Positions 45,350 to 53,786 of a stretch of 64,000 nucleotides of DNA are shown here, one piece after another. Location: positions 32,721 to 96,720 of the forward strand of contig SVLQ01000011.1 in NCBI GenBank assembly GCA_015067825.1, read 5' to 3'. This DNA comes from Oscillospiraceae bacterium. GTDB taxonomy: Bacteria > Bacillota > Clostridia > Oscillospirales > QAMX01. Numbering within the stretch: the first letter of the stretch is position 1; each line of letters starts with the position of its first letter. The notes beneath the pieces are model-generated. The model made no database searches. It saw only the letters and a program-made list of their open reading frames with translations, and was not told where the DNA came from. Made by a program: the position numbers and the translations under genes.

Positions 45350-46657
45350 TTATTTTGTATGTTCGCGGATGATCCGCATGTTTTCGTCGATGATGTGCTG
45401 GTCGGTGTTGGATGCGAGCGGGAACAGATGGCCGTATAGAAAACAGCCGACTTCGTAGCCGCCGCGGCAGAGCTGATCCTCCGACGGGAGGTAGAGGTTC
45501 GAGCCGTTGGTGTTGGAGAGACTCAAAGTATAGGGATACGGCGAGTAGATGCGCAGGCGCATGACGATCTCCGAGAACATCTCGAAGGGGAAGGGAATGA
45601 AGATCACGTCGCCCAGCGAAATGAGCGTCTGGGGGAAAGTGAATTCCGTGGGGATCTCGCCGCCGCCGTTTTTCCAGAAGGCCTCGGTCTCTTTGTAGTG
45701 CTCGTATTCCAGCTTTTTGAGGTTAAAGAGCGATTCTACGTCGGTGAAGGTCGCAAGCTTTGCCTCAACCTCTTCGAGCGAGGGCATTTTCTGATGCGGC
45801 AGATGCACGGTATCGGTGAAGATCCCGAGCTTCCCGGCGTGGTAACCGCCGCGGGCGCGGTAGGCGCGCATCGCATCCATCGCAGCCACGCCGCCGAGCT
45901 CTTCGGTATAGGCGATGATGGCGGCGGTCGAACCGTTGGAGTTGCGCGGGCCGACGTCGCCGACTGCGCCGTTCCAAAACGCGGTCAAAGTACGGCTTTC
46001 GGTCTGCAAACGGTCAATCATCGGGCCGGACCAGTCGCGGCCGATGCCAGTGTCGTGCCCGGCGGAGGTGCCGTGGCAACCGTAGTGGATGAGGTTCAAA
46101 ATGCCTTCCTTCGTTTCGGCATTGCGGAAGGCGATCACGGTCATGTTGGGGTCAAAACAGCCGTAGGGGTTTTGCTCGAGGCCGATGGATCCGTCGGGAT
46201 ACTGAATACGGCGGTTGATGCCGACCTTGCTTTCGGTCACGCCGATCGCCAACTCTGCCGGTGCGAGCTTTGCCACCGCTTCGGTCGCAGCTTTGCGTGC
46301 AGCCGGCAGGAAGATCCCGTCGAAGTATTCGCGGTCGATCTCGCCCCAACCAGGTGTTCCGGCGAGGTTGGGCGCGGTATGGGTGTGCGTACAGGAGATA
46401 AGGATGTGCTCGACAGGGATACCGATGTCAGCGGCGAGGACTGCGGCGAGCTCATCGTTCAGCGCGGTTTGGATATTGCCGATCTCGGTGGTCATCATCA
46501 GCGCGGTTTTGCCGTGCTGCGAGAGGGCAAGCGCGGTGACCGAGATCGGATCGTGCAGATAGGTGCTTTTGTGGTTCGGCATGTAACCGTACAGACAAGT
46601 GCCGATCGGCGGGGTAGAGTCGGCGCGGGCGGCGCCGGCGAGAAAACGAGTATCCAT
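45350..46657 (-). CDS. Neutral/alkaline ceramidase N-terminal-domain-like protein (function unknown in bacteria)
   Basis: 'RADSTPPIGTCLYGY', 'DPISVTALAL' and 'ISCTHTHTAPN' resemble the family. Start at ATG 46657 with 'AAGGAG'. Confidence 0.6.
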   Translation of the reverse strand: MDTRFLAGAARADSTPPIGTCLYGYMPNHKSTYLHDPISVTALALSQHGKTALMMTTEIGNIQTALNDELAAVLAADIGIPVEHILISCTHTHTAPNLAGTPGWGEIDREYFDGIFLPAARKAATEAVAKLAPAELAIGVTESKVGINRRIQYPDGSIGLEQNPYGCFDPNMTVIAFRNAETKEGILNLIHYGCHGTSAGHDTGIGRDWSGPMIDRLQTESRTLTAFWNGAVGDVGPRNSNGSTAAIIAYTEELGGVAAMDAMRAYRARGGYHAGKLGIFTDTVHLPHQKMPSLEEVEAKLATFTDVESLFNLKKLEYEHYKETEAFWKNGGGEIPTEFTFPQTLISLGDVIFIPFPFEMFSEIVMRLRIYSPYPYTLSLSNTNGSNLYLPSEDQLCRGGYEVGCFLYGHLFPLASNTDQHIIDENMRIIREHTK

Positions 46658-46683
46658 ATAGTCTGACTCCTTTCGCGTACGAA

Positions 46684-47565
46684 TCATTCCCGCTGTGCCC
46701 GCAGCTCGCTCGGCGTTGTGCCGTAGGCTGCGCGGATCAGGCGGGAGAAGGTCTTGGGTTGGGCGATACCGACGGTGCGGGCGATCTCGGCGATCGGCAG
46801 GTTGGTCCCTGTGAGTAAAAGGCGTGCGGCGCGCATCCGACGGTCGGTCAGGTATTTGTGGAAAGAAACACCGACGGCCTGCTTAAAAAGCTGGCAGAAG
46901 CGTGTTTTTTCATACCCGGCAATCGCCGCTGCGTGTTCAAGCGTGATCGCTTCGGGGTATGCTTGTTCCACGTAGGTGAGAACAGCCTGCACGGCGCTGA
47001 CCGCCTCCAACTGCCGCATCCGTCGGGCTGACAGCGGCGTCAGCTGCAAGGTTTCGGCCATCTTGGCCGCCAAGGCAAACAATAACGAGGAACATTGCAG
47101 CCGATGTGCCGGCGACCAATCCGCCGGCGAACCGCTGCGGCGGCCATGAACGGTGAGGGCGAGCGCGATCTCTTCGATCGCCGTGCGGGGATCGTCGGGT
47201 CCGATCGCGGCAAACGGCACGACGGTTTGTGCAAACCTGCGGCCGGAAAAAACCGAAAAATCGCCGCCGAGCAGCGAAAAGCCCATCTCAACGACCAAAA
47301 CCTCGGCCGGTCCGTTGGTTGGCTGCACCGCGTGAACTTCTGTTCCGGCAATAAAAGCTGCACTACGCGGCAGGAGCAAATGGTCGGTGCCGTCGACGGT
47401 GATCGTCAGCGGGACGGATCCGTCGAGCAGGTAGAGGATCTCCAACTCTCCGTGCCAGTGTGCGCCGAATCCTCCGCGCATGGACTCGCAGCTAGTGTGA
47501 AACGGTGCCGAGCCGATAAACGGCGGCTGATAGATCGGGGTTGCCGTATCGGTTCTTGTGTGCAT
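46684..47565 (-). CDS. AraC family transcriptional regulator (cupin sensor plus C-terminal HTH)
   Basis: 'HWHGELEILYLLDGS' is the cupin segment. 'IAGYEKTRFCQLFKQAVGVSFHKYL...IAEIARTVGIAQPKTFSRLIRAAYGTTPSELR' forms the two HTH units. Confidence 0.85.
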   Translation of the reverse strand: MHTRTDTATPIYQPPFIGSAPFHTSCESMRGGFGAHWHGELEILYLLDGSVPLTITVDGTDHLLLPRSAAFIAGTEVHAVQPTNGPAEVLVVEMGFSLLGGDFSVFSGRRFAQTVVPFAAIGPDDPRTAIEEIALALTVHGRRSGSPADWSPAHRLQCSSLLFALAAKMAETLQLTPLSARRMRQLEAVSAVQAVLTYVEQAYPEAITLEHAAAIAGYEKTRFCQLFKQAVGVSFHKYLTDRRMRAARLLLTGTNLPIAEIARTVGIAQPKTFSRLIRAAYGTTPSELRAQRE

Positions 47566-47629
47566 CCTTCTCACTCCTCTCTCTTTCATTATACAGGAAA
47601 ATCCTGTTTTGTAAAGCCCGCATCGTCTG

Positions 47630-47683
47630 AAATCCTACCCAAAAATTGAATGATGCCGCATATTCAATTCGTGGGTAGGATTT
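47630..47683. repeat. 54-bp interrupted inverted repeat in a divergent promoter region
   Basis: Outer arms AAATCCTACCCA (47630-47641) / TGGGTAGGATTT (47672-47683). Inner arms ATTGAAT (47645-47651) / ATTCAAT (47662-47668). Confidence 0.6.
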
Positions 47684-47761
47684 TCTGTGTTTTGCCTCTT
47701 GCACTTTTTTCGGCTTTCCGTTACAATAACAGTGAACATGAGAAGCTGGGAGAGGTGTCGT

Positions 47762-48511
47762 ATGAAGACTGCACTGCAAGTATACGGTCTGCGTGAATTT
47801 TTGGGCAGCGATATGGAAAACGTGCTGAAACGCGTCAAGGAAATGGGATACGACGGCGTAGAATGGCCGTTTTTTGCCGGCCGCACGCCCGAAGAAGTGG
47901 TAGCGCTGACGAAAGCGGCGGGGCTGGAGATCTTTTCCGTCCACGTCGGTTACGACGATATCGACGCCTGCGACCGCGAACGGTTGGCGAAGCTGAAGGC
48001 CTTGGGCTTTGATTATTTCGTGATCGGCTGGCTGCCGGTCGACCGCTTGCCCGGCGGGCCTCTGTACGAAGAGACTTCCCGAAAGCTCCGCACCTTTGCC
48101 GAAACGGTGCGTGAGATCGGCGGGCATCTGCTCTACCATAACCACGATTTCGACCTCGCCCTTGTTGACGGCGGAAAGCGCCGTCTGGATCTGTTGCTTG
48201 CCGACCATCCGGCCGAACTGCTGGGTTCCGAACTCGACACCTGCTGGGTCGCTTATGGCGGCGCCGACGTCAATTCGTATCTCGAGACCTACGGTGACCG
48301 CGCACCGATCGTCCATCTGAAGGACTACGAGATGGTCGACGGCAAGTTTGAATTCCGCGCCGTCGGTTCCGGCTGTCTGAATTTTTCCGAGATCCTGGCG
48401 CGCTGCGGCAAGGTCGAATGGCTCTGCGTCGAGCAGGATGATCCCACGCCGGGCAAAGATGCGTATGCCTGCGCCGAAGAAAGCCTCGTCAATCTGAAAA
48501 GCATGTTGTGA
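47762..48511 (+). CDS. Sugar phosphate isomerase/epimerase (xylose isomerase-like TIM barrel)
   Basis: 'MKTALQVYGLREF...MGYDGVEW', 'LLYHNHDFD' and 'HLKDY' are typical of the AP_endonuc_2/IolE-IolI-like fold. Start at ATG 47762 after 'GGGAGAGG'. Confidence 0.7.
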   Translation: MKTALQVYGLREFLGSDMENVLKRVKEMGYDGVEWPFFAGRTPEEVVALTKAAGLEIFSVHVGYDDIDACDRERLAKLKALGFDYFVIGWLPVDRLPGGPLYEETSRKLRTFAETVREIGGHLLYHNHDFDLALVDGGKRRLDLLLADHPAELLGSELDTCWVAYGGADVNSYLETYGDRAPIVHLKDYEMVDGKFEFRAVGSGCLNFSEILARCGKVEWLCVEQDDPTPGKDAYACAEESLVNLKSML

Positions 48512-48516
48512 TCCCC

Positions 48517-48549
48517 AAACCGCCGAAGCGCAAAGCTTCGGCGGTTTTT
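48517..48549 (+). terminator. Terminator
   Basis: 13-bp arms AAACCGCCGAAGC / GCTTCGGCGGTTT followed by a T-run. Confidence 0.8.
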
Positions 48550-48550
48550 C

Positions 48551-48579
48551 TTGACAAACGAAGCGGGATTTCCTATAAT
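48551..48579 (+). promoter_or_regulatory. Sigma-A promoter of the fucosidase gene
   Basis: TTGACA (48551-48556), a 17-nt spacer, then TATAAT (48574-48579). Confidence 0.7.
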
Positions 48580-48625
48580 ACAGATAAGACGATCTCGGTT
48601 TCTGCTGACAAGAGGAGGATAAACG

Positions 48626-49639
48626 ATGAATAACCGCGAATGGTTCAAAGCGGCCGGCTACGGCATGATGGCTCACTGGGGCCTCTACTCGATGCTGGGC
48701 GGCGAATGGAACGGGCGGCGCGTGCGCGATTACGCCGAGTGGATCCAAAGCTGGATGCCGATTCCCAACGCCGAATACGGTGAGCTCGCCAAAATATTCA
48801 ATCCTATCTATTTCAATGCCGACGAATGGATCCGCCTTGCCCGCGACTGCGGCATGCGGTATTTCGTCTTTACCTCCAAGCATCACGACGGATTTGCGAT
48901 GTTCCATTCTAAAGTCGATTCCTATAACGTCGTCGATGCCACGCCGTTTGGCCGAGACGTCGTCGCCGAACTGGCCGAAGCCTGTTATAAATACGGCCTG
49001 AAATTTGGTCTCTATTATTCCCAGGAACTCGACTGGCACCATTTCCACGGTGGCGGCTACGACAAGTTCAGCGGCTGTTCGGGCGTTTCGTGGGACAACA
49101 GTTGGGATTTCCCGGAACGCGAAGAGAAGGATTTTTCGATCTGCTTTGAAGAAAAGATCAAGCCGCAGGTCCGAGAGATCCTCACCAACTACGGCGATCT
49201 CTGCCTCGTTTGGTTCGACGTGCCGCATACGATCACCAAAGCGCAGAGCTTAGAACTCAACAAACTCGTCAAGACCTATCAGCCAGACTGCCTGATCAAT
49301 TCCCGCATCGGCAACGGCGCCTACGACTACGTTTCGCTCGGCGACAACGAATACCCGACGGAGTTCAAGCCCACCGAAAACGACGATCCCAACAGCCTCG
49401 ACGGTATCAAATATTCGCCCTATGGCCTCTACGAAACGGCTGGTACGCTCAATTCGTCGTGGGGGTATAAGTACTACGACCAAAACTGGATCACGCCCGA
49501 AGAGATCGTCTCGCGCCGCAAACGCCTGAACGGCATGGGCATCAACTACCTTCTGAATATCGGCCCGGACGGTCTCGGCCGCATCCCGTCGTTCTCGGTC
49601 GAAGCGTTGCGCAAGTCTGCCGAGCTTTGGGGAAAATAA
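48626..49639 (+). CDS. Alpha-L-fucosidase (GH29), catalytic domain only
   Basis: 'GYGMMAHWGLYS', 'YFVFTSKHHDGFAMFHS' and 'LKFGLYYS'. 337 aa. Confidence 0.8.
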   Translation: MNNREWFKAAGYGMMAHWGLYSMLGGEWNGRRVRDYAEWIQSWMPIPNAEYGELAKIFNPIYFNADEWIRLARDCGMRYFVFTSKHHDGFAMFHSKVDSYNVVDATPFGRDVVAELAEACYKYGLKFGLYYSQELDWHHFHGGGYDKFSGCSGVSWDNSWDFPEREEKDFSICFEEKIKPQVREILTNYGDLCLVWFDVPHTITKAQSLELNKLVKTYQPDCLINSRIGNGAYDYVSLGDNEYPTEFKPTENDDPNSLDGIKYSPYGLYETAGTLNSSWGYKYYDQNWITPEEIVSRRKRLNGMGINYLLNIGPDGLGRIPSFSVEALRKSAELWGK

Positions 49640-49660
49640 GCAGGTTTTCCGATCAGTAGA

Positions 49661-49694
49661 AAAAAGCATCCTGTTTTTTAACAGGATGCTTTTT
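49661..49694. terminator. Bidirectional terminator
   Basis: 15-bp arms AAAAAGCATCCTGTT / AACAGGATGCTTTTT. Overlaps the stop of the minus-strand gene. Confidence 0.8.
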
Positions 49695-50187
49695 TAAAAT
49701 CTGCCAATTTCTGTTCGGTTTCTGCCAGCTCCGCAAAAACCGGGGCCAGATCTTCTTCCGTCCAGCTGTCCATGCCGGCGGCGTAGAGCGCATAACGGAA
49801 AAACCGCCCGAGCGGGGGATTCGGTGCTTCGGTGGGGTGCTGCTGCCGGAATTGTGCGGCCAGTGCGCAGAGCGCGTGCAGAAGCTGCAGTCGTTTTTGC
49901 GCCGATGCGGTTTGGATGGTGCGCAGGAGTGAAACGCCATAGTCTTCGGTTCTGCCGCACGGCGCTCCGCAGCGGAAACAATCGGGTACGAGCCGCTGCT
50001 TTTCAAAAGCGATTCGCGCGAGACAAGCCTCGTGCTCGGCGGGGCTGCCGTTGGCGGCCTGATCGAGCGAGTGGGCGATCAGGTGGTCGGTTTCGGACGT
50101 GAGCAGAAATTCGTTCCCTTCGGTCGCGCGTGCGAGGCCGATGAGTGCGCCGAGCAGTTCGTCGGCGGATCGTCTGGTATCGGCCAT
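49678..50187 (-). CDS. Hypothetical Cys-containing helical protein (169 aa)
   Basis: ATG 50187 lies 4 nt after the stop of the upstream 4Fe-4S gene, so the two look coupled. Contains 'PDCFRCGAPCGR'. No confident family assignment. Confidence 0.5.
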   Translation of the reverse strand: MADTRRSADELLGALIGLARATEGNEFLLTSETDHLIAHSLDQAANGSPAEHEACLARIAFEKQRLVPDCFRCGAPCGRTEDYGVSLLRTIQTASAQKRLQLLHALCALAAQFRQQHPTEAPNPPLGRFFRYALYAAGMDSWTEEDLAPVFAELAETEQKLADFKKASC

Positions 50188-50191
50188 CTGT

Positions 50192-50902
50192 TTAGTCCAA
50201 ACGCTTGCCGTCGGTCGAGATCGTCGCGATCTGCCACGGGATGAACTTGCCGCTTGCCTGCAGCGCGCGCTTGGTGGCATCCACGATCCCGCCGCAGCAG
50301 GGCACGACCATGCGCACGATGGTCACGCTCTGAATGTCGTTTAAGCGGATGATCTCGGTGAGCTTTTCGGCGTAGTCGCCCATGTCGAGCTTCGGGCAGC
50401 CGATCAGCGTGATCTTGCCGCGCATGAATTCCTGGTGGAAATTGCCGTAGGCGTAGGCCGTGCAGTCGGCGGCGATCAGCAGATGAGCTCCGTCGAAATA
50501 CGGCGCGTTGACCGGCGCCAACTTGATCTGCACGGGCCATTGGCGCAGTTCGCTCTCAACGGCCGTGTTCGCTGCCGCTGCCGGACGCTCCTCACGCACG
50601 ATCGCTCTGGATGCCGTGCCGGGGCAGCCGCAGGGCAGGGGAGCAGCCGGTGTTTGCGCCGCTTTTTCCGCCTTCGCCATCAAAACCGCACCCTCGTCGT
50701 AGGCCGGAGCTTCGCGCATTTCAAACGTGATCGCGCCCGTCGGGCACGCGGGCAGGCAATCGCCCAAGCCGTCGCAGTAGTTTTCACGCGTCAGCTTCGC
50801 TTTCCCGTGCACCATCTCGATCGCACCTTCGTGGCAGGCCGCCGCACAAGCACCGCAACCGTTGCATTTTTCTTCGTCTATTTTAATGATCTTTCGCAGC
50901 AT
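50192..50902 (-). CDS. 4Fe-4S dicluster domain protein with a Cys-rich C-terminal domain
   Basis: Start at ATG 50902 (RBS 'GGAGG'). 'CNGCGACAAACHEGA' and 'CDGLGDCLPACPTGA' are the cluster motifs. The C-terminus has 'LIGCPKLD' and 'VVPCCGG'. Confidence 0.75.
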   Translation of the reverse strand: MLRKIIKIDEEKCNGCGACAAACHEGAIEMVHGKAKLTRENYCDGLGDCLPACPTGAITFEMREAPAYDEGAVLMAKAEKAAQTPAAPLPCGCPGTASRAIVREERPAAAANTAVESELRQWPVQIKLAPVNAPYFDGAHLLIAADCTAYAYGNFHQEFMRGKITLIGCPKLDMGDYAEKLTEIIRLNDIQSVTIVRMVVPCCGGIVDATKRALQASGKFIPWQIATISTDGKRLD

Positions 50903-50978
50903 ATCAAAAACCTCCGATATTTTTTCGTGTCGCTCTTGCTTTTGTGTCTTTATTATAGTATAATGCAACCAGAAAGTC

Positions 50979-50994
50979 TGTTGAATTTTCAACA
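50979..50994. promoter_or_regulatory. Crp/Fnr-type palindrome TGTTGA-N4-TCAACA (contains TTGA-N6-TCAA)
   Basis: Perfect 6-bp arms. Lies between the divergent 4Fe-4S gene and the Crp/Fnr regulator gene. The centre is 41.5 nt upstream of the TSS predicted from the minus-strand TATAAT at 50957-50952. Confidence 0.6.
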
Positions 50995-51006
50995 AACGGA
51001 GGCTGC

Positions 51007-51678
51007 ATGAAAAAATATTTTGCAATCCTGCGGCGCTGTCCGCTGTTTTTGGGGTTTTCCGACGGTGAGCTTTCGGCGGTGTCCGATTGCCTTGGCGCAG
51101 CGGTTTCGTCGTTTGCGCGCGGCGAAACGGTGTTTACCGTCGGCGAAAAAGCCGAGCTGGTGGGGATCGTGCTGCGCGGAGAAGTGCGGATCGAACGCGT
51201 CGACTACTACGGCACGCGCACCGTCATCGGCACGGTCGGTGCAGGTGAGCTGTTTGGCGAATCGTTTGCCTGCGCAGGTGTGCCGCTGCCCATCGATGCA
51301 GTGGCGGCGGCCGATGCGGAGATCCTTTTGGTCGATTGCCGCCGCCTGCTCACGTCCTGTACCAACGCCTGCGACTTCCATCGCCGCCTGATCTACAATC
51401 TGATGCAGATCCTCGCCGCCAAAAATCTCGCCTTCCACCGCAAACTGGAGATCACCTCCAAGCGCACGACGCGCGAAAAGCTGCTCGCCTATCTGCTCTC
51501 CGAGGCCGAGCGCCAAAGAACCGCATCGTTTACGATCCCGTTCGACCGCCAGACGCTCGCCGATTATCTCGCCGTCGACCGCAGCGGTCTCTCCGCCGAG
51601 ATCGGCAAGCTCGTCCGGGAGGGGATCTTAGAAACGCGCAAAAACGAATTCACCCTGCTGAAAAATACGCTCTCTTAA
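51007..51678 (+). CDS. Crp/Fnr family transcriptional regulator
   Basis: cNMP-binding-like N-terminus 'LRRCPLFLGFSDGEL' and C-terminal HTH 'DRQTLADYLAVDRSGLSAEIGKLVREGIL'. Confidence 0.85.
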   Translation: MKKYFAILRRCPLFLGFSDGELSAVSDCLGAAVSSFARGETVFTVGEKAELVGIVLRGEVRIERVDYYGTRTVIGTVGAGELFGESFACAGVPLPIDAVAAADAEILLVDCRRLLTSCTNACDFHRRLIYNLMQILAAKNLAFHRKLEITSKRTTREKLLAYLLSEAERQRTASFTIPFDRQTLADYLAVDRSGLSAEIGKLVREGILETRKNEFTLLKNTLS

Positions 51679-51702
51679 TGCAAAAAAACGGAGGAACACC
51701 GG

Positions 51703-52479
51703 ATGCGGATCACCGCTCTTTTGGAAAATACGACAACCCGCGCCGATATGGCGGTTGAACACGGCCTCAGCCTGTATATCGAAGCCGCGGGTCAAACGAT
51801 TTTGTTTGACATGGGCCAAAGCGATCTCTTCGCCCAAAACGCCGAACGGCTGGGGTGCGATCTACGCGCGGTCGATTTTGCAGTGCTCTCCCACGGACAC
51901 TACGACCACGGCGGCGGGCTGCCGACGTTCCTGACGATCAACGACCGGGCGCCTGTCTACCTCAATTGCCATGCCTTCGGCGAGCAGTATAACGCGAGCG
52001 GAAAGTATATCGGTCTTGATCCGCTTCTTGCGCAAAACCCGCGTTTGCGCTTTACCGACGGCGAGACCTCAGTAGCACCGGGCTTTACGCTGCTTGACTG
52101 CAACGACCGAACTCGCCGCGGGACGCTCGGCACCTTCGGTCTGACCCGCCGCGAAGGCAATGAACTCGTGCCGGACGATTTCCGCCACGAGCAGTATCTG
52201 CTCATCGAGACGGAGGGTAAGCGCGTCCTCATCAGCGGATGCTCACACAAGGGAATCGACGATATTGCCGCGTGGTTTTGCCCGGACGTGCTCGTCGGCG
52301 GCTTCCACGTCTCCAAGCTCACCGATCCCGCCGCCTTGTCGGCACTTGCCCGATCGCTCAACTCCTACCCGACCGCCTACTATACCTGCCATTGTACGGG
52401 CGTTGCGCAGACGGAGCTTTTGCGCAGTGAGATGCCGCGACTCTCTTATCTCGCCTGCGGCGAAACGATCGAACTCTAA
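51703..52479 (+). CDS. MBL-fold metallo-hydrolase
   Basis: 'AVLSHGHYDHGGGL' is the HxHxDH motif. 258 aa. Sits 24 nt downstream of the Crp/Fnr gene. Confidence 0.8.
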   Translation: MRITALLENTTTRADMAVEHGLSLYIEAAGQTILFDMGQSDLFAQNAERLGCDLRAVDFAVLSHGHYDHGGGLPTFLTINDRAPVYLNCHAFGEQYNASGKYIGLDPLLAQNPRLRFTDGETSVAPGFTLLDCNDRTRRGTLGTFGLTRREGNELVPDDFRHEQYLLIETEGKRVLISGCSHKGIDDIAAWFCPDVLVGGFHVSKLTDPAALSALARSLNSYPTAYYTCHCTGVAQTELLRSEMPRLSYLACGETIEL

Positions 52480-52516
52480 AAAGAGAGGTTTCTTTTGAAA
52501 GAAACCTCTCTTTTTT
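52478..52516. terminator. Bidirectional terminator
   Basis: 15-bp arms AAAAAGAGAGGTTTC / GAAACCTCTCTTTTT. Confidence 0.85.
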
Positions 52517-52519
52517 CGC

Positions 52520-52723
52520 CTATTCGATATCCAATTCCGGCGGTACGTCGATCTCGTCGGAAACGTACTTGCCGTTTTTCTTTCGCTGCCGCACACATTC
52601 CGTCAGCAAATACTCGATCTGGCCGTTGACCGAGCGGAAGTCGTCCTCGGCCCATGCGGCGATCGCGGCGTAGAGCTTGGCGGAGAGACGCAGCGGGATC
52701 TGTTTTTTCTGGTTATCGTTCAT
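52520..52723 (-). CDS. Ribbon-helix-helix (Arc/CopG-like) DNA-binding protein
   Basis: 67 aa. '[34 protein letters not shown]' has the beta-strand, helix, helix pattern of RHH proteins. Confidence 0.6.
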   Translation of the reverse strand: MNDNQKKQIPLRLSAKLYAAIAAWAEDDFRSVNGQIEYLLTECVRQRKKNGKYVSDEIDVPPELDIE

Positions 52724-52726
52724 AAC

Positions 52727-53737
52727 TTAATACAAGCTGCCCGAATTGACGATGGGTTGGGCGTCGCGGTTGCCGCAGAGCACGACCAGGAGGTTTGAGA
52801 CCATGGCGGCTTTGCGTTCATCGTCGAGGGCGACCATGTTGGTCTTTTGCAGACGTTCCAGCGCCATTTCCACCATGCCGACCGCGCCGTCAACGATCAT
52901 CTTGCGCGCATCGATGATGGCCGAAGCCTGCTGGCGCTGCAGCATGACCGCCGCGATCTCGGGAGCGTAGGCGAGGTAGGTGATGCGGGCCTCCAAAATC
53001 TCGATGCCCGCCGCCGCGACCTTCGACTGGATCTCTTCGCGGATGCGGTTGGCAACGACTTCGCTCGAACCGCGCAGGCTGCCTTCGTCGGCCACACCGT
53101 CGCCGGTGGTATCGACGTTGGGGGCGACGTCGTAGGGGTAGATGCGGACGATGTTTCTGAGCGCGCTGTCGCACTGGAGCGAGAGGTATTCCTTGTAGTT
53201 GTCCACGTCGAAAACGGCCTTGGCCGTGTCGACCACGCGCCAAATAACGGCGATACCGATCTCAACGGGGTTGCCGAGGCAGTCGTTGATCTTCTGGCGG
53301 CTGTTGCTCAGCGTCATCGCCTTCAAAGAGAGCTTTTTCGAAACGAGTTCGACCGAGCCCGATTTCGCTTCCGCTGTGCGAACGGCCGGGGCGGATTCGA
53401 CGTCACCGCTCTGGCTCAAGCGCGTTTTTGCCGCCGGATTGACCGCCACGCAGAACGGATTGACGAAGTAGAAGCCCGAATTCTTCAGCGTGCCGACGTA
53501 TTTGCCGAAGAGCGTTAAAACCAAAGCTTCCTGCGGCCCGATGATCTTCAGACCCAAAACCGGCAGCCAACCGATGCACACCCATGCAATGCCGACGATG
53601 AAGAGGAACGGTGTGCCGTCCGCTTCGATCAAAATCGCTCCGGCGATGGTTGCGGCGATGGCGGCGAGATAGAGAACGATCGTCGTAAGCATCACGAGCA
53701 TGCCGTTTTTCTTTTTGCTTAAAATGATTTCCTGCAT
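52727..53737 (-). CDS. SPFH/Band 7 (stomatin/prohibitin-like) domain membrane protein
   Basis: Two N-terminal TM helices, then 'IGPQEALVLTLFGKYVGT' and 'RITYLAYAPEIAAVMLQRQQA'. RBS 'AAGGAG'. Confidence 0.8.
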   Translation of the reverse strand: MQEIILSKKKNGMLVMLTTIVLYLAAIAATIAGAILIEADGTPFLFIVGIAWVCIGWLPVLGLKIIGPQEALVLTLFGKYVGTLKNSGFYFVNPFCVAVNPAAKTRLSQSGDVESAPAVRTAEAKSGSVELVSKKLSLKAMTLSNSRQKINDCLGNPVEIGIAVIWRVVDTAKAVFDVDNYKEYLSLQCDSALRNIVRIYPYDVAPNVDTTGDGVADEGSLRGSSEVVANRIREEIQSKVAAAGIEILEARITYLAYAPEIAAVMLQRQQASAIIDARKMIVDGAVGMVEMALERLQKTNMVALDDERKAAMVSNLLVVLCGNRDAQPIVNSGSLY

Positions 53738-53786
53738 AATAACACTCCTTTATTTGTCTGTTGAAAAGTATCTCTCTGATATCTTT

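Noticed and set aside
155-49228. Many long ORFs antisense to, or out of frame with, the called genes. Examples: 155-1108(-), 1563-2699(-), 10587-12245(+), 14359-15912(+), 24339-25637(+), 29512-31020(+), 36179-37216(-), 44086-45372(+) and 47492-49228(-).
   Set aside because: They overlap genes with unmistakable conserved motifs on the other strand. They are Arg/Gly/Ala/Pro-rich, as expected from stop-codon depletion in high-GC DNA. They lack RBSs and show no recognisable domains.
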